Part shown: positions 56,869 through 64,000 of the stretch, piece after piece
How positions within the stretch are numbered: the first letter of the stretch is position 1
Layout of the letters: each line of letters begins with the position of its first letter
From: a virus
Length of the DNA: 64,000 nucleotides
IMG/VR virus record: IMGVR_UViG_3300008267_000004
Span: 1 to 64,000 of that record
Direction: 5' to 3' (one strand)
Program-made: the position numbers and the translations under genes
The notes under the pieces: model-generated
The model's input: the letters and a program-made list of their open reading frames with translations, nothing else
What the model was told of the DNA's origin: nothing
Database searches by the model: none

Positions 56869-58061
56869 TATTTTACCAATCCCCATTTTTCTATAGCTAT
56901 ATTATATTCAGATTTATAATTTTTATCAATTGACTGTCTCATTGCCATAGCACCAGAAATTGTACCATTAGGATGACCATGGACAGCACCACCCGCATTT
57001 GCTAGATAGTCAATACCAACTTTTGAAGTTACATACTCCACTAACCCTGGGTGCATACCACAACTTAATGCTGGGAGTGTGTTTCCATTTCTTAAAGTTG
57101 AGATACATTCTAAAATTTCTTCTGGATCGTCATTACTATATCCACCAATCATACCAGTTTGGATGGTATCAACGCCCATTAAAGTAGCTAAATAACACAT
57201 AACCTTCCAAGAAATACTGTATTTATGATCTTTCTCTGTAAAAACTTTTGCGCCGCTACTCTGATAGTGTAAAAATAAAGGTAGATTTAATTTTCTTATG
57301 CTATTATAAGAACCTAAGCCGCTAAACACGTTAATATGTACACCATTTCCTCCTAATTCATATACTCTTTTTACTCTATCTACAAGAATATGTGGATCAC
57401 AATTTATGGTGTGACAGAAAACAACTTTACGGTTTTGGCTTGCTAGATAATTTGAAACAATCTCTACTCTTTTTTCAAGAGGAGCCACCACTGGGTTGCT
57501 CATGATTTCATCTTCTTTGATAAAGTCGGCACCACCATCAACCATTTGTTTTACCATTTCTAGTAAAATATATGGAGTTACTCCAATTTTTGGCTTAACA
57601 ATACTTCCGAACAGGGGTTTATTATATTGTCCTGTAAAATTCCTAAATCCACTGATTCCAAATTTTGGACCTAAAAAATTGTCTGTAACAGATTTAGGTA
57701 ATTTTAAATCAATTAATCTACATCTTTCAACTATATCTATATCAACATGACCACCCATTAATTGGCATATCATGTGAGAAATTCCATCAGATTGCCAGTC
57801 ATTGTTTGCAACAGGAAATGCAATATTTACTTCACCTTCAGTTTTTTCGCTCAATTCTGATTCTGAATGTAAAATAAGGCAAGAATGATTTTGAAACAAT
57901 TCTTCAGTTTCCCATTCGTTTCTAACATTTGGATTGCCAACGCTTTGTCCGATTGCTAAATTCCAAGCAGCATCCTTTAAATTAGTTTTTGACTTAATTT
58001 TATATTTTGCTATATAATATTTCTCGTAATCCAACTCACTAGTAAAAATATTAAATTTCAT
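56868..58061 (-). CDS. RuBisCO-like protein (form IV RLP)
   Basis: LAIGQSVG, GPKFGISGFR, PLFGSIVKPKIG, GGADFIKEDE (carbamylation/Mg motif), LHYQSSG, GVDTIQTG, PALSCGMHPG and AGGAVHGHPNG. Confidence 0.92.
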   Translation of the reverse strand: MKFNIFTSELDYEKYYIAKYKIKSKTNLKDAAWNLAIGQSVGNPNVRNEWETEELFQNHSCLILHSESELSEKTEGEVNIAFPVANNDWQSDGISHMICQLMGGHVDIDIVERCRLIDLKLPKSVTDNFLGPKFGISGFRNFTGQYNKPLFGSIVKPKIGVTPYILLEMVKQMVDGGADFIKEDEIMSNPVVAPLEKRVEIVSNYLASQNRKVVFCHTINCDPHILVDRVKRVYELGGNGVHINVFSGLGSYNSIRKLNLPLFLHYQSSGAKVFTEKDHKYSISWKVMCYLATLMGVDTIQTGMIGGYSNDDPEEILECISTLRNGNTLPALSCGMHPGLVEYVTSKVGIDYLANAGGAVHGHPNGTISGAMAMRQSIDKNYKSEYNIAIEKWGLVK

Positions 58062-58068
58062 ATTTTCC

Positions 58069-58959
58069 TCATAATTGTAAAATATTTTTTACAATTTCAT
58101 AATATTTTTCGAAGCATTTTTCGGGAGTGTGAAACTTTGTGTAAGATTCATACGCAGCTTCTCCATAGTCAATATATCTCTTATTTTCCATTGTGTAAAG
58201 TATTTTTTCTTTTAAATCCTGAAAATCATCTCTTATTTCTATATAACTATCGAATAGTATACCATCTTTTGATGTAGATTTTAGTTTTAATTTTGGCATT
58301 ATTATAGCGCATTTTGTACTTGCCAATTCCCAAGTTCTTTTAGAGTCATAAGAATTACCAAAATAATTTAGTCCTATTTTTGAAGAATTTATAACTTCTG
58401 TATATTTTTTAGTAATTTTATCAGCTACACCTACATGATCATCAACATCAATATGCCAGTTCATATTTTTTAACTCATTCACTGATAGTTGCTTAATGTG
58501 CTCAACAAACGGTTTCCTTCTTCCAGAAGTCATTCTTCCTATAAAAGATAAATCGATCTCTTTTAATTGAAATCTTTGATCATATTTTGTAGCAACAGGA
58601 AAATGAAATCCATATACAGGGCTTTTCCATGGATTTTTTGAATTATCTGTCAACTCTCTATGCATTATTAAGTCTGGTTTTCTATTGCTCCAAATTTGTA
58701 TATCTTCAAAGTCGGTATCATCGTGTTGAATAAGATTAGAGAATCTATAATATGTATCTATTATTTTATTAGTTATTGGTATAGTATTCCACTCATGAAG
58801 ATATAAAACAATATTTTGATAATCATGTACTGGCTTAAAATCTGCTAGGTTTGTTTCATATACATAATCACACTTATAGCCTAATTCTTCAAATTTTTTG
58901 AAATAAAAATTTGCATTATCAACCCAAGAATAAGAAAAAAATAAAAAATCTTTAGTCAT
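58069..58959 (-). CDS. GT-B glycosyltransferase-like protein (CgeB / Glyco_trans_1_2 type)
   Basis: IDLSFIGRMTSGRR, YTEVINSSKIGLN and RTWELASTKCAII. Confidence 0.7.
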   Translation of the reverse strand: MTKDFLFFSYSWVDNANFYFKKFEELGYKCDYVYETNLADFKPVHDYQNIVLYLHEWNTIPITNKIIDTYYRFSNLIQHDDTDFEDIQIWSNRKPDLIMHRELTDNSKNPWKSPVYGFHFPVATKYDQRFQLKEIDLSFIGRMTSGRRKPFVEHIKQLSVNELKNMNWHIDVDDHVGVADKITKKYTEVINSSKIGLNYFGNSYDSKRTWELASTKCAIIMPKLKLKSTSKDGILFDSYIEIRDDFQDLKEKILYTMENKRYIDYGEAAYESYTKFHTPEKCFEKYYEIVKNILQL

Positions 58960-59280
58960 TTATACCTCATATTTATCATTTGGAACAGAAGCTGTTTTTA
59001 CAACAACTATTTTGCAATCTTCTAAAAATTCAGGATCTGCTATTTCTAGCGGTTCAAGAATAAAAATATCACCTGGGTTGATTTCTTTTCCGCATATTAC
59101 CATCTTACCAGAAATTAAGCAGTTAATTTCTGTAGCAATTTTATGATAATGTTTAGGCCACTTTTCACCTTTTTTATGAATAAGTATTCCAACTTCAAAG
59201 AGGTCAGTTTTATAAACGCTCGGATTGAAATTTCCTACCATCCAACCTCTCCACATATTATTTATATTATCTATTTTCAT
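58960..59280 (-). CDS. Cupin-fold protein (possible sugar isomerase/epimerase)
   Basis: RGWMVGNF, KHYHKIATEINCLISGKM (HxH...E metal motif), and GDIFILEP. Confidence 0.75.
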   Translation of the reverse strand: MKIDNINNMWRGWMVGNFNPSVYKTDLFEVGILIHKKGEKWPKHYHKIATEINCLISGKMVICGKEINPGDIFILEPLEIADPEFLEDCKIVVVKTASVPNDKYEV

Positions 59281-60017
59281 CTCTTAAGCCTATATTCTAA
59301 ATCATATCTTAAATTATTATCTATTGTTAAAGGTATTTTTAGATCATTATTTTTTAAAGTATATTCAAGCATGGTTTCTGCAGAAAAATTATTATATTTT
59401 TTAAAATTTTCAATACTCAAAGCATAGATATTTTTCATAATATCAAAAGCTTCAGGTTTTATATATACGATATAGTCTCTTATATTGTAATAATTTTCTA
59501 CTCCATAAGAATCTCCAACGACAATTTTTTCATCCACAAAATTAAATGGCTTTAATAAATCAATATCAAATCGACTTCTGATAAGAAAATCATATTTTTC
59601 ATAGTTTTTTATAGATTTAAAACCCTCAGACACAGCATACCATTGCGAAGTTAATCTATTTACTGCCTCTTCTGGTACATTTCCACCTTGATATGTTTTG
59701 TATTGACTATTTTCCGTATTCCAAGTTCCATATTTGGTAGGATGTATTTCTATATTTTTTTTATTGTATTCAAAAAAACCCCTAGATTCATTTATTACTA
59801 TCACCTTAGTCCAAGGAGAATAAACAGATAATAATTTTTTCATAGACTCTTCAGAGTGATAAAAATCAGTAAGATGATCCGTATTATTCCAGGTGGAGAT
59901 GTATATATCACAATCATATAAATCTAATAAATTTTTCTTTAAATTAAGAAATGTATCCATATATGTTCTTAAATGACCGCTTAGTACTAATGCTATTTTT
60001 TTATTTTCTGTTTTCAT
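59277..60017 (-). CDS. Putative glycosyltransferase-like protein (WavE-related N-terminal pattern)
   Basis: KIALVLSGHLRT, DIYISTW, QWYAV and YDFLIRSRFD. Confidence 0.55.
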   Translation of the reverse strand: MKTENKKIALVLSGHLRTYMDTFLNLKKNLLDLYDCDIYISTWNNTDHLTDFYHSEESMKKLLSVYSPWTKVIVINESRGFFEYNKKNIEIHPTKYGTWNTENSQYKTYQGGNVPEEAVNRLTSQWYAVSEGFKSIKNYEKYDFLIRSRFDIDLLKPFNFVDEKIVVGDSYGVENYYNIRDYIVYIKPEAFDIMKNIYALSIENFKKYNNFSAETMLEYTLKNNDLKIPLTIDNNLRYDLEYRLKR

Positions 60018-60729
60018 AAATTTTTATGTCCTCCGGCGTTCCTAAAGAATAAAATTCACCCTTATTGAGAGAGTGATAACCTATGTTCATACCTTTTTTT
60101 ATTAAATAATTATATGTTTTAGATACATAAAATTCATTATTAACTCTATCATTGTTTTTTAACAATTCCACCGCAGAGTTTACAAAATAGCTTCCTTTTC
60201 TCCAATAATGAATACCGCATAAAGCCAAATTAGAAATAGCAGTTTTTTCATCTAACAGTAGACCTAAATTATTTTCATCTGTTTTTATAAAACTATAAGG
60301 ACTCTTTTCTCCCACTATTATATTATCATAAGGATAAGTAGCAACACAGCCATCGAGATTTTTTCTTCGACATGAATTTAAAAATAAGTTACTATCCCAG
60401 ATAGTTCTTTGATCACAATTTGTAGTGATAAGTTCTGTATCATTATCTATAAATTCTTTTGCTAATAATATAGAGCTTACTGTACCATCAGTTAAATAAT
60501 CAATTTCAATAATTATAGAGTCGGGCTTAGTATTATATAATACATCTTTTAGCTTATCAGAAAAGTTACTTTTTCTAATTACAAATATATATTGTCCTTC
60601 TATTCCTAGACTATCTATAGCGTGTTGAACTATTGTTTTTTCCTCTATTTTAATTAATGGTTTTGGATCTAAATATCCCGCATCAAAAAATCTCTTCCCA
60701 AGACCAACCATCGGTATAACTATATTCAT
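60001..60729 (-). CDS. Sugar-phosphate nucleotidyltransferase (GT-A/NTP-transferase fold)
   Basis: IVIPMVGLGKRF...PKPLI, TDGTVSS, NCDQ, YSFIK, EKTAIS-like LDEKTAISNLALCGIHYW, and NEFYVSKTYN...LGTPED. Confidence 0.85.
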   Translation of the reverse strand: MNIVIPMVGLGKRFFDAGYLDPKPLIKIEEKTIVQHAIDSLGIEGQYIFVIRKSNFSDKLKDVLYNTKPDSIIIEIDYLTDGTVSSILLAKEFIDNDTELITTNCDQRTIWDSNLFLNSCRRKNLDGCVATYPYDNIIVGEKSPYSFIKTDENNLGLLLDEKTAISNLALCGIHYWRKGSYFVNSAVELLKNNDRVNNEFYVSKTYNYLIKKGMNIGYHSLNKGEFYSLGTPEDIKIYENRK

Positions 60730-61334
60730 ATGTATTCCTTCATAAGGTCTATATTAACCTGTTTAGCATTATCGACTTTTATTATAAAAGCGCCGGCACC
60801 AGAAGCTGCTTCAATTCCTTTTGGAGAATCTTCCACTATTATAGTTTCGTTTGGAGAGACATTAAAAAAATTAATACAATTTATATAACCTTCTGGGTTT
60901 GGTTTTGGAGAATTAACGTCTTGATTTGTGATCAGTTTATCTAACGAGGATAAAACACCTGCTTTTTTCAGGATCAATTCGGCAGTTTTTCTTATGCTAT
61001 TAGTATAGCAAGCAATTTTAATATTTTTATCTTTTAAGTATTTTAATAGTTCTACTTTAGAAGAATCATACGCGCAAAGATCATTTATTAATTTTATAGT
61101 ATTTTCTTGTTTTAGTGATTCTATGGTATCAAATAAATTTTCTGTGACCATCCCTTTATCTTTTAATTTTTTTAATTTTATTTTTGTCGGTAAACCATTA
61201 TATTCTTTATAGTGTTCTTCCAGGGATAGCTCATAATTACAAACATTCTTAAGTGCTAAATTAAAAGCTATTCTATGCCAATCACATGCGTCTACTAAAA
61301 CGCCGTCCATATCAAAGATAACTAATTTAATCAC
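60726..61334 (-). CDS. HAD-superfamily phosphatase (beta-PGM-like)
   Basis: Motif I FDMDGVLVD, motif II CYTNS, KPNPEGY, motif IV IVEDSPKG. Confidence 0.88.
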   Translation of the reverse strand: MIKLVIFDMDGVLVDACDWHRIAFNLALKNVCNYELSLEEHYKEYNGLPTKIKLKKLKDKGMVTENLFDTIESLKQENTIKLINDLCAYDSSKVELLKYLKDKNIKIACYTNSIRKTAELILKKAGVLSSLDKLITNQDVNSPKPNPEGYINCINFFNVSPNETIIVEDSPKGIEAASGAGAFIIKVDNAKQVNIDLMKEYI

Positions 61335-61686
61335 CTTTTTCTATCCTTATGCTATCCTCATCAAAATGTTGAGTAGAAAATTCAAATAGTTCTGTATCTT
61401 GTAAAGCAACCATTTGATGTCTTAGGCCCGTTTTTACATGAAAACTATCGCCTTTTTCTAAAATAATAGTATTTGCATTTAAAATATTGTCATCATCCCC
61501 ATAAAAAACTTTTAATTTTCCACTTTGAATATAAAAAACTTCATCTTTTACTTTATGATAATGCCAAGAGCATTTTTTTCCTTTTATAAAATAAAGTAAC
61601 TTACCGCAATATTTGTTATTATTTGTAATCCATTTTTCAAATCCCCATCCTTTGGGAACAAAAATTTGCTCAGAAGAAGTCAACAT
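61327..61686 (-). CDS. Cupin-fold protein (sugar isomerase-like)
   Basis: VPKGWGFEKWI, YCGKLL, CSWHYHKVKDEVFYIQSG, GLRHQM and EFSTQHFDEDSIR. Probable start at ATG 61686. Confidence 0.8.
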   Translation of the reverse strand: MLTSSEQIFVPKGWGFEKWITNNNKYCGKLLYFIKGKKCSWHYHKVKDEVFYIQSGKLKVFYGDDDNILNANTIILEKGDSFHVKTGLRHQMVALQDTELFEFSTQHFDEDSIRIEKGD

Positions 61687-61984
61687 CTTTAAACCCCTTA
61701 TCATCTACGTAGAAATCGGCGGCTGGCTTACCTAGCTTTAGGTAGCTAAATTTCAAACCCCAACTTTTCAATTGTTCAAGAGTAAAATAAAAAAATCTTT
61801 CATTAGCCCTATCAACATCTCCATTATATCTATCCATTCCTCTAGCTGTATACATCACTATCCTATGACCCTCATCGTAAAGTTTGTTAATTTTTTCAAT
61901 CCTATCTACAAAGGGTTTTGCGTCTTCGTACTTTCCATTTGTTAAAGTACATATTGTTCCATCTATATCAAAAACGTAAGTCAT
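61670..61984 (-). CDS. Small HAD-family (capless) phosphatase
   Basis: YVFDIDGTIC, YTARG, LGKP and YVDDK. Probable start at ATG 61984. Confidence 0.8.
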   Translation of the reverse strand: MTYVFDIDGTICTLTNGKYEDAKPFVDRIEKINKLYDEGHRIVMYTARGMDRYNGDVDRANERFFYFTLEQLKSWGLKFSYLKLGKPAADFYVDDKGFKDVDFF

Positions 61985-62741
61985 TTTTAACATCCTCAAA
62001 GTTTATAATTGCAGTCCCAGATTTACTAACAACACTGGAGGCGCATAGATTGGCAAATATTATAGCCTCTGATATAGAATTAGTTAATAAATATTGCACA
62101 CAAAGAGCTGCTATAAAAGTATCCCCAGCTCCACTAACATCAAATACGTCTACCTTTTTACTAGGATATATATTCCCATTATATAAAGCGCCTTTTTCTC
62201 CCATGGTAACTATTAATCTATTTTTTTGAGGAAGGGATTTAGATCTATTGTATTCATCTTGATTTATTTTTACAAATACATTTTCACGATCAAAAATTTG
62301 TAAATCCGGCTTTTTTGAATCAACGAAAATGGGACCACTAAAGTTGAATAAGGATCTTATATTGTTTTCATTTATAGATCCTTTATTATAGTCAGATACT
62401 ATAATTGCATGATATTTATCTAATTTTTCTTTAGGAATTTTAATTTCTTCAGATTGTTTTTCATAGTCTACTCTTAATAGGTGCTGCTTTGACTTGCTAT
62501 CAATATATCTTTCTTTAATCGTATCCATGTTAGAAACAATTAAATGCGCCTGTACATTTAACGCTAACAAGTTTTTATAAACGTTTCCAGACATACCTTC
62601 TGTTTTTATCTCTCTCTCAAAACAAAACACTGGGACAGGTGCTTCCGGGCTTAGTCTTTCACATTTTCCATACTTAAATACATCTTGACAATAATCACCT
62701 ATTACCAATATTTTTAATAATGTTAGTTGTTGAATATCCAT
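61968..62741 (-). CDS. rfaE1: D-glycero-manno-heptose-7-phosphate kinase (HldE/RfaE kinase domain, PfkB fold)
   Basis: ILVIGD...RLSPEAPVPV, GMSGNV, VSDYNKG, VDSK, VTMGEKGA and DVSGAGDTF. Confidence 0.88.
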   Translation of the reverse strand: MDIQQLTLLKILVIGDYCQDVFKYGKCERLSPEAPVPVFCFEREIKTEGMSGNVYKNLLALNVQAHLIVSNMDTIKERYIDSKSKQHLLRVDYEKQSEEIKIPKEKLDKYHAIIVSDYNKGSINENNIRSLFNFSGPIFVDSKKPDLQIFDRENVFVKINQDEYNRSKSLPQKNRLIVTMGEKGALYNGNIYPSKKVDVFDVSGAGDTFIAALCVQYLLTNSISEAIIFANLCASSVVSKSGTAIINFEDVKNDLRF

Positions 62742-63090
62742 TTATATATTTAAAAATTACAACTTCAGCTAGGTCATTTCCTACAACCTCTTCTTTAGTG
62801 TAATCTCCACCTTTCACTATAATATGTGGTTTTATTTTTTGTAAAAGTTTATACGGTGTATCTTCTTCAAAAATTATAACCTGGTCTACAAATCTAATAC
62901 ATTCTAAAATATATTTTCTATCTTTTTCTTTATTTATGGGTCTAGTCTCACCCTTTAATCTTTTAATACTATCATCGCTATTTAGGCCGACTATTAGATA
63001 ATCTCCTAAGCTTTTAGCGTATTCTAATAATCTTATATGCCCAGTATGTATTATATCAAAACATCCATTTGTAAAGATAATTTTACTCAT
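62695..63090 (-). CDS. rfaE2: D-glycero-manno-heptose-1-phosphate adenylyltransferase (HldE/RfaE domain II)
   Basis: FTNGCFDIIHTGH, VGLNSDDSIKRLKGETRP, KGGDY and YSTTNII. Confidence 0.92.
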   Translation of the reverse strand: MSKIIFTNGCFDIIHTGHIRLLEYAKSLGDYLIVGLNSDDSIKRLKGETRPINKEKDRKYILECIRFVDQVIIFEEDTPYKLLQKIKPHIIVKGGDYTKEEVVGNDLAEVVIFKYINGYSTTNIIKNIGNR

Positions 63091-63766
63091 TTAATATTAC
63101 CCAATTATTTTTATAATATGGATTTGCATTATTTTTTCTTATATATCTATGTATAAACTTTGGCTTATCTTTTAATTCTGGGATATGATCAATCATGGCC
63201 GCAAAAGAACTATCCATACAATGTATTTCTTCGCTATCCTCTATCAATTTAATATAATCAAAAATACTATTTTGTGAATCTTTTCCGAGTATATGATTTG
63301 GCCGGTATATTTTATGTTTAAAATTATTTTTTATAACAAGACCTCTGCTGATATCATCGTGAACAAATATATATTTATGCCCTATTTCAGATCTAAGTAA
63401 GTTTTCTTTTTCTTTATCTCTATTAATATAAAAACTTTCCCATCTTTTTTCATAATCAATATTACTTTGTCTATAAAATGCTTTACAAAAATCCTCATTT
63501 CGTAATATAAAATTAGGCTGTTCAAAACATCCAATTTTTATTGGTAGGAATACTCTCTGATATTTTTTTATCATATCATTATCATCGTCTACTGGGAGGA
63601 TAGTTATATCCTCTAGATCTTTGAACATTGCCTTGACGTTTAACAAATTATGTTTTTTAACGGGATACACGATAGTATCATATGTTTTTAATAATTCTCT
63701 TGTCATACCATTACAAATTATGTGATCACCTAATCCAAGGTGATGAAATAAATAACCATTTTTCAT
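63083..63766 (-). CDS. Putative GT-B glycosyltransferase with GT9 (heptosyltransferase)-like motifs
   Basis: HHLGLGDHII near the N-terminus and IEDSEEIHCMDSSF near the C-terminus. Confidence 0.5.
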   Translation of the reverse strand: MKNGYLFHHLGLGDHIICNGMTRELLKTYDTIVYPVKKHNLLNVKAMFKDLEDITILPVDDDNDMIKKYQRVFLPIKIGCFEQPNFILRNEDFCKAFYRQSNIDYEKRWESFYINRDKEKENLLRSEIGHKYIFVHDDISRGLVIKNNFKHKIYRPNHILGKDSQNSIFDYIKLIEDSEEIHCMDSSFAAMIDHIPELKDKPKFIHRYIRKNNANPYYKNNWVILNE

Positions 63767-64000
63767 TTAATAGCCGCCTTTAAAATTTCTCTATGGGATG
63801 GATCACATACAGTATCGTCATGATTAAAAGGTTCTCCAACAAAATTATATTCTTCTCTTTTGCTTGGAAATGGATTTTTTACAAAAAATTCATCGTGTAT
63901 TACGCAATTATTCTTAAAAATATTCCATATATATTTTTGTAAAAAAATTTGATCATAGTGATATTGCTCTGGGACGTTCTTAGCTAAATTAAGTAAATTT
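63763..64000 (-). CDS. Hypothetical glycan-related protein (C-terminal part, runs off right edge)
   Basis: Not in ORF track. Open frame ...YDQIFLQKYIWNIFKNNCVIHDEFFVKNPFPSKREEYNFVGEPF..., TGA in an ATGA overlap with 63083..63766. Confidence 0.6.
   Translation of the reverse strand, partial: NLLNLAKNVPEQYHYDQIFLQKYIWNIFKNNCVIHDEFFVKNPFPSKREEYNFVGEPFNHDDTVCDPSHREILKAAIK

Noticed and set aside
56868-58061. Calling the RLP a true RuBisCO (rbcL), i.e. viral carbon fixation
   Set aside because: By-eye alignment shows H294, R295, H327 and loop-6 K334 equivalents replaced; no small subunit or phosphoribulokinase in the window.
56868-61686. RLP + HAD + cupin as a methionine-salvage set (MtnW/MtnX/MtnD)
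   Set aside because: The combination is suggestive, but no mtnK/mtnA/mtnB is visible and all other neighbours are glycan enzymes. Not excluded, only disfavoured.
8772-62000. Longest-ORF starts in the track for several genes (8826, 10305, 10660, 28694, 53964, 56323, 56886, 61704, 61999)
   Set aside because: Downstream starts coincide with stop-start overlaps or 1-2 nt gaps, or with the expected family N-terminus, so the shorter versions were used.
436-62229. All plus-strand ORFs in the track (e.g. 3840..4130, 8261..8503, 8766..9101, 9507..9857, 29568..29837, 61918..62229) and short nested minus-strand ORFs (4072..4269, 11655..11885, 13461..13646, 32116..32298)
   Set aside because: They lie entirely over longer, motif-bearing minus-strand genes and mostly mirror low-complexity or codon-biased regions; no SD or family motif recognised.
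1-64000. Stop-codon reassignment as seen in some large phages
   Set aside because: Genes up to 9.7 kb are intact in code 11, and TAA, TAG and TGA all end genes at tight junctions.
1-64000. CRISPR array, tRNA, intron, intein, transposase, or diversity-generating retroelement
   Set aside because: No spaced direct repeats, cloverleaf, homing-endonuclease, RT or transposase motifs noticed. TerL, primase and portal core have no large insert. This was a by-eye check only.

Overview
This 64-kb window is a very AT-rich (about 30% GC by eye), densely packed segment of a large T4-like (myovirus-type) bacteriophage genome in the standard genetic code. Essentially every real gene is on the minus strand. 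In transcription order (right to left) it holds: (1) a ~10-kb sugar/glycan cluster: split HldE-type heptose adenylyltransferase and kinase, GT9-like and other glycosyltransferase-like proteins, two HAD phosphatases, two cupins, a nucleotidyltransferase, a WavE-like protein, a SAM methyltransferase, a phosphodiesterase-like protein, GDP-fucose synthase, and a form IV RuBisCO-like protein (RLP); (2) a phage sigma factor; (3) baseplate/tail genes: NlpC/P60-bearing hub protein, spike, 2226-aa and 3250-aa giant proteins, gp25, gp6, tail terminator and fibres; (4) a RuvC-like resolvase, a primase and a fused Mre11-Rad50 (gp47-gp46); (5) a holin/spanin-like trio; (6) head genes: TerL, portal, prohead protease and several Ala/Pro-rich or 'IKEE'-motif proteins. 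The most striking signal is the viral RLP with a remodelled active site inside a glycan-biosynthesis operon that runs without a gap into virion genes. Other signals are a repeated ACTA(T/A)TTA upstream motif, a terminator overlapped by a sigma70 promoter, a shared N-terminal motif resembling a capsid-targeting signal, and three small ORFs missing from the supplied track. All functional calls come from motif recognition by eye; no database searches were run. No tRNA, CRISPR array, intein or transposase was seen.
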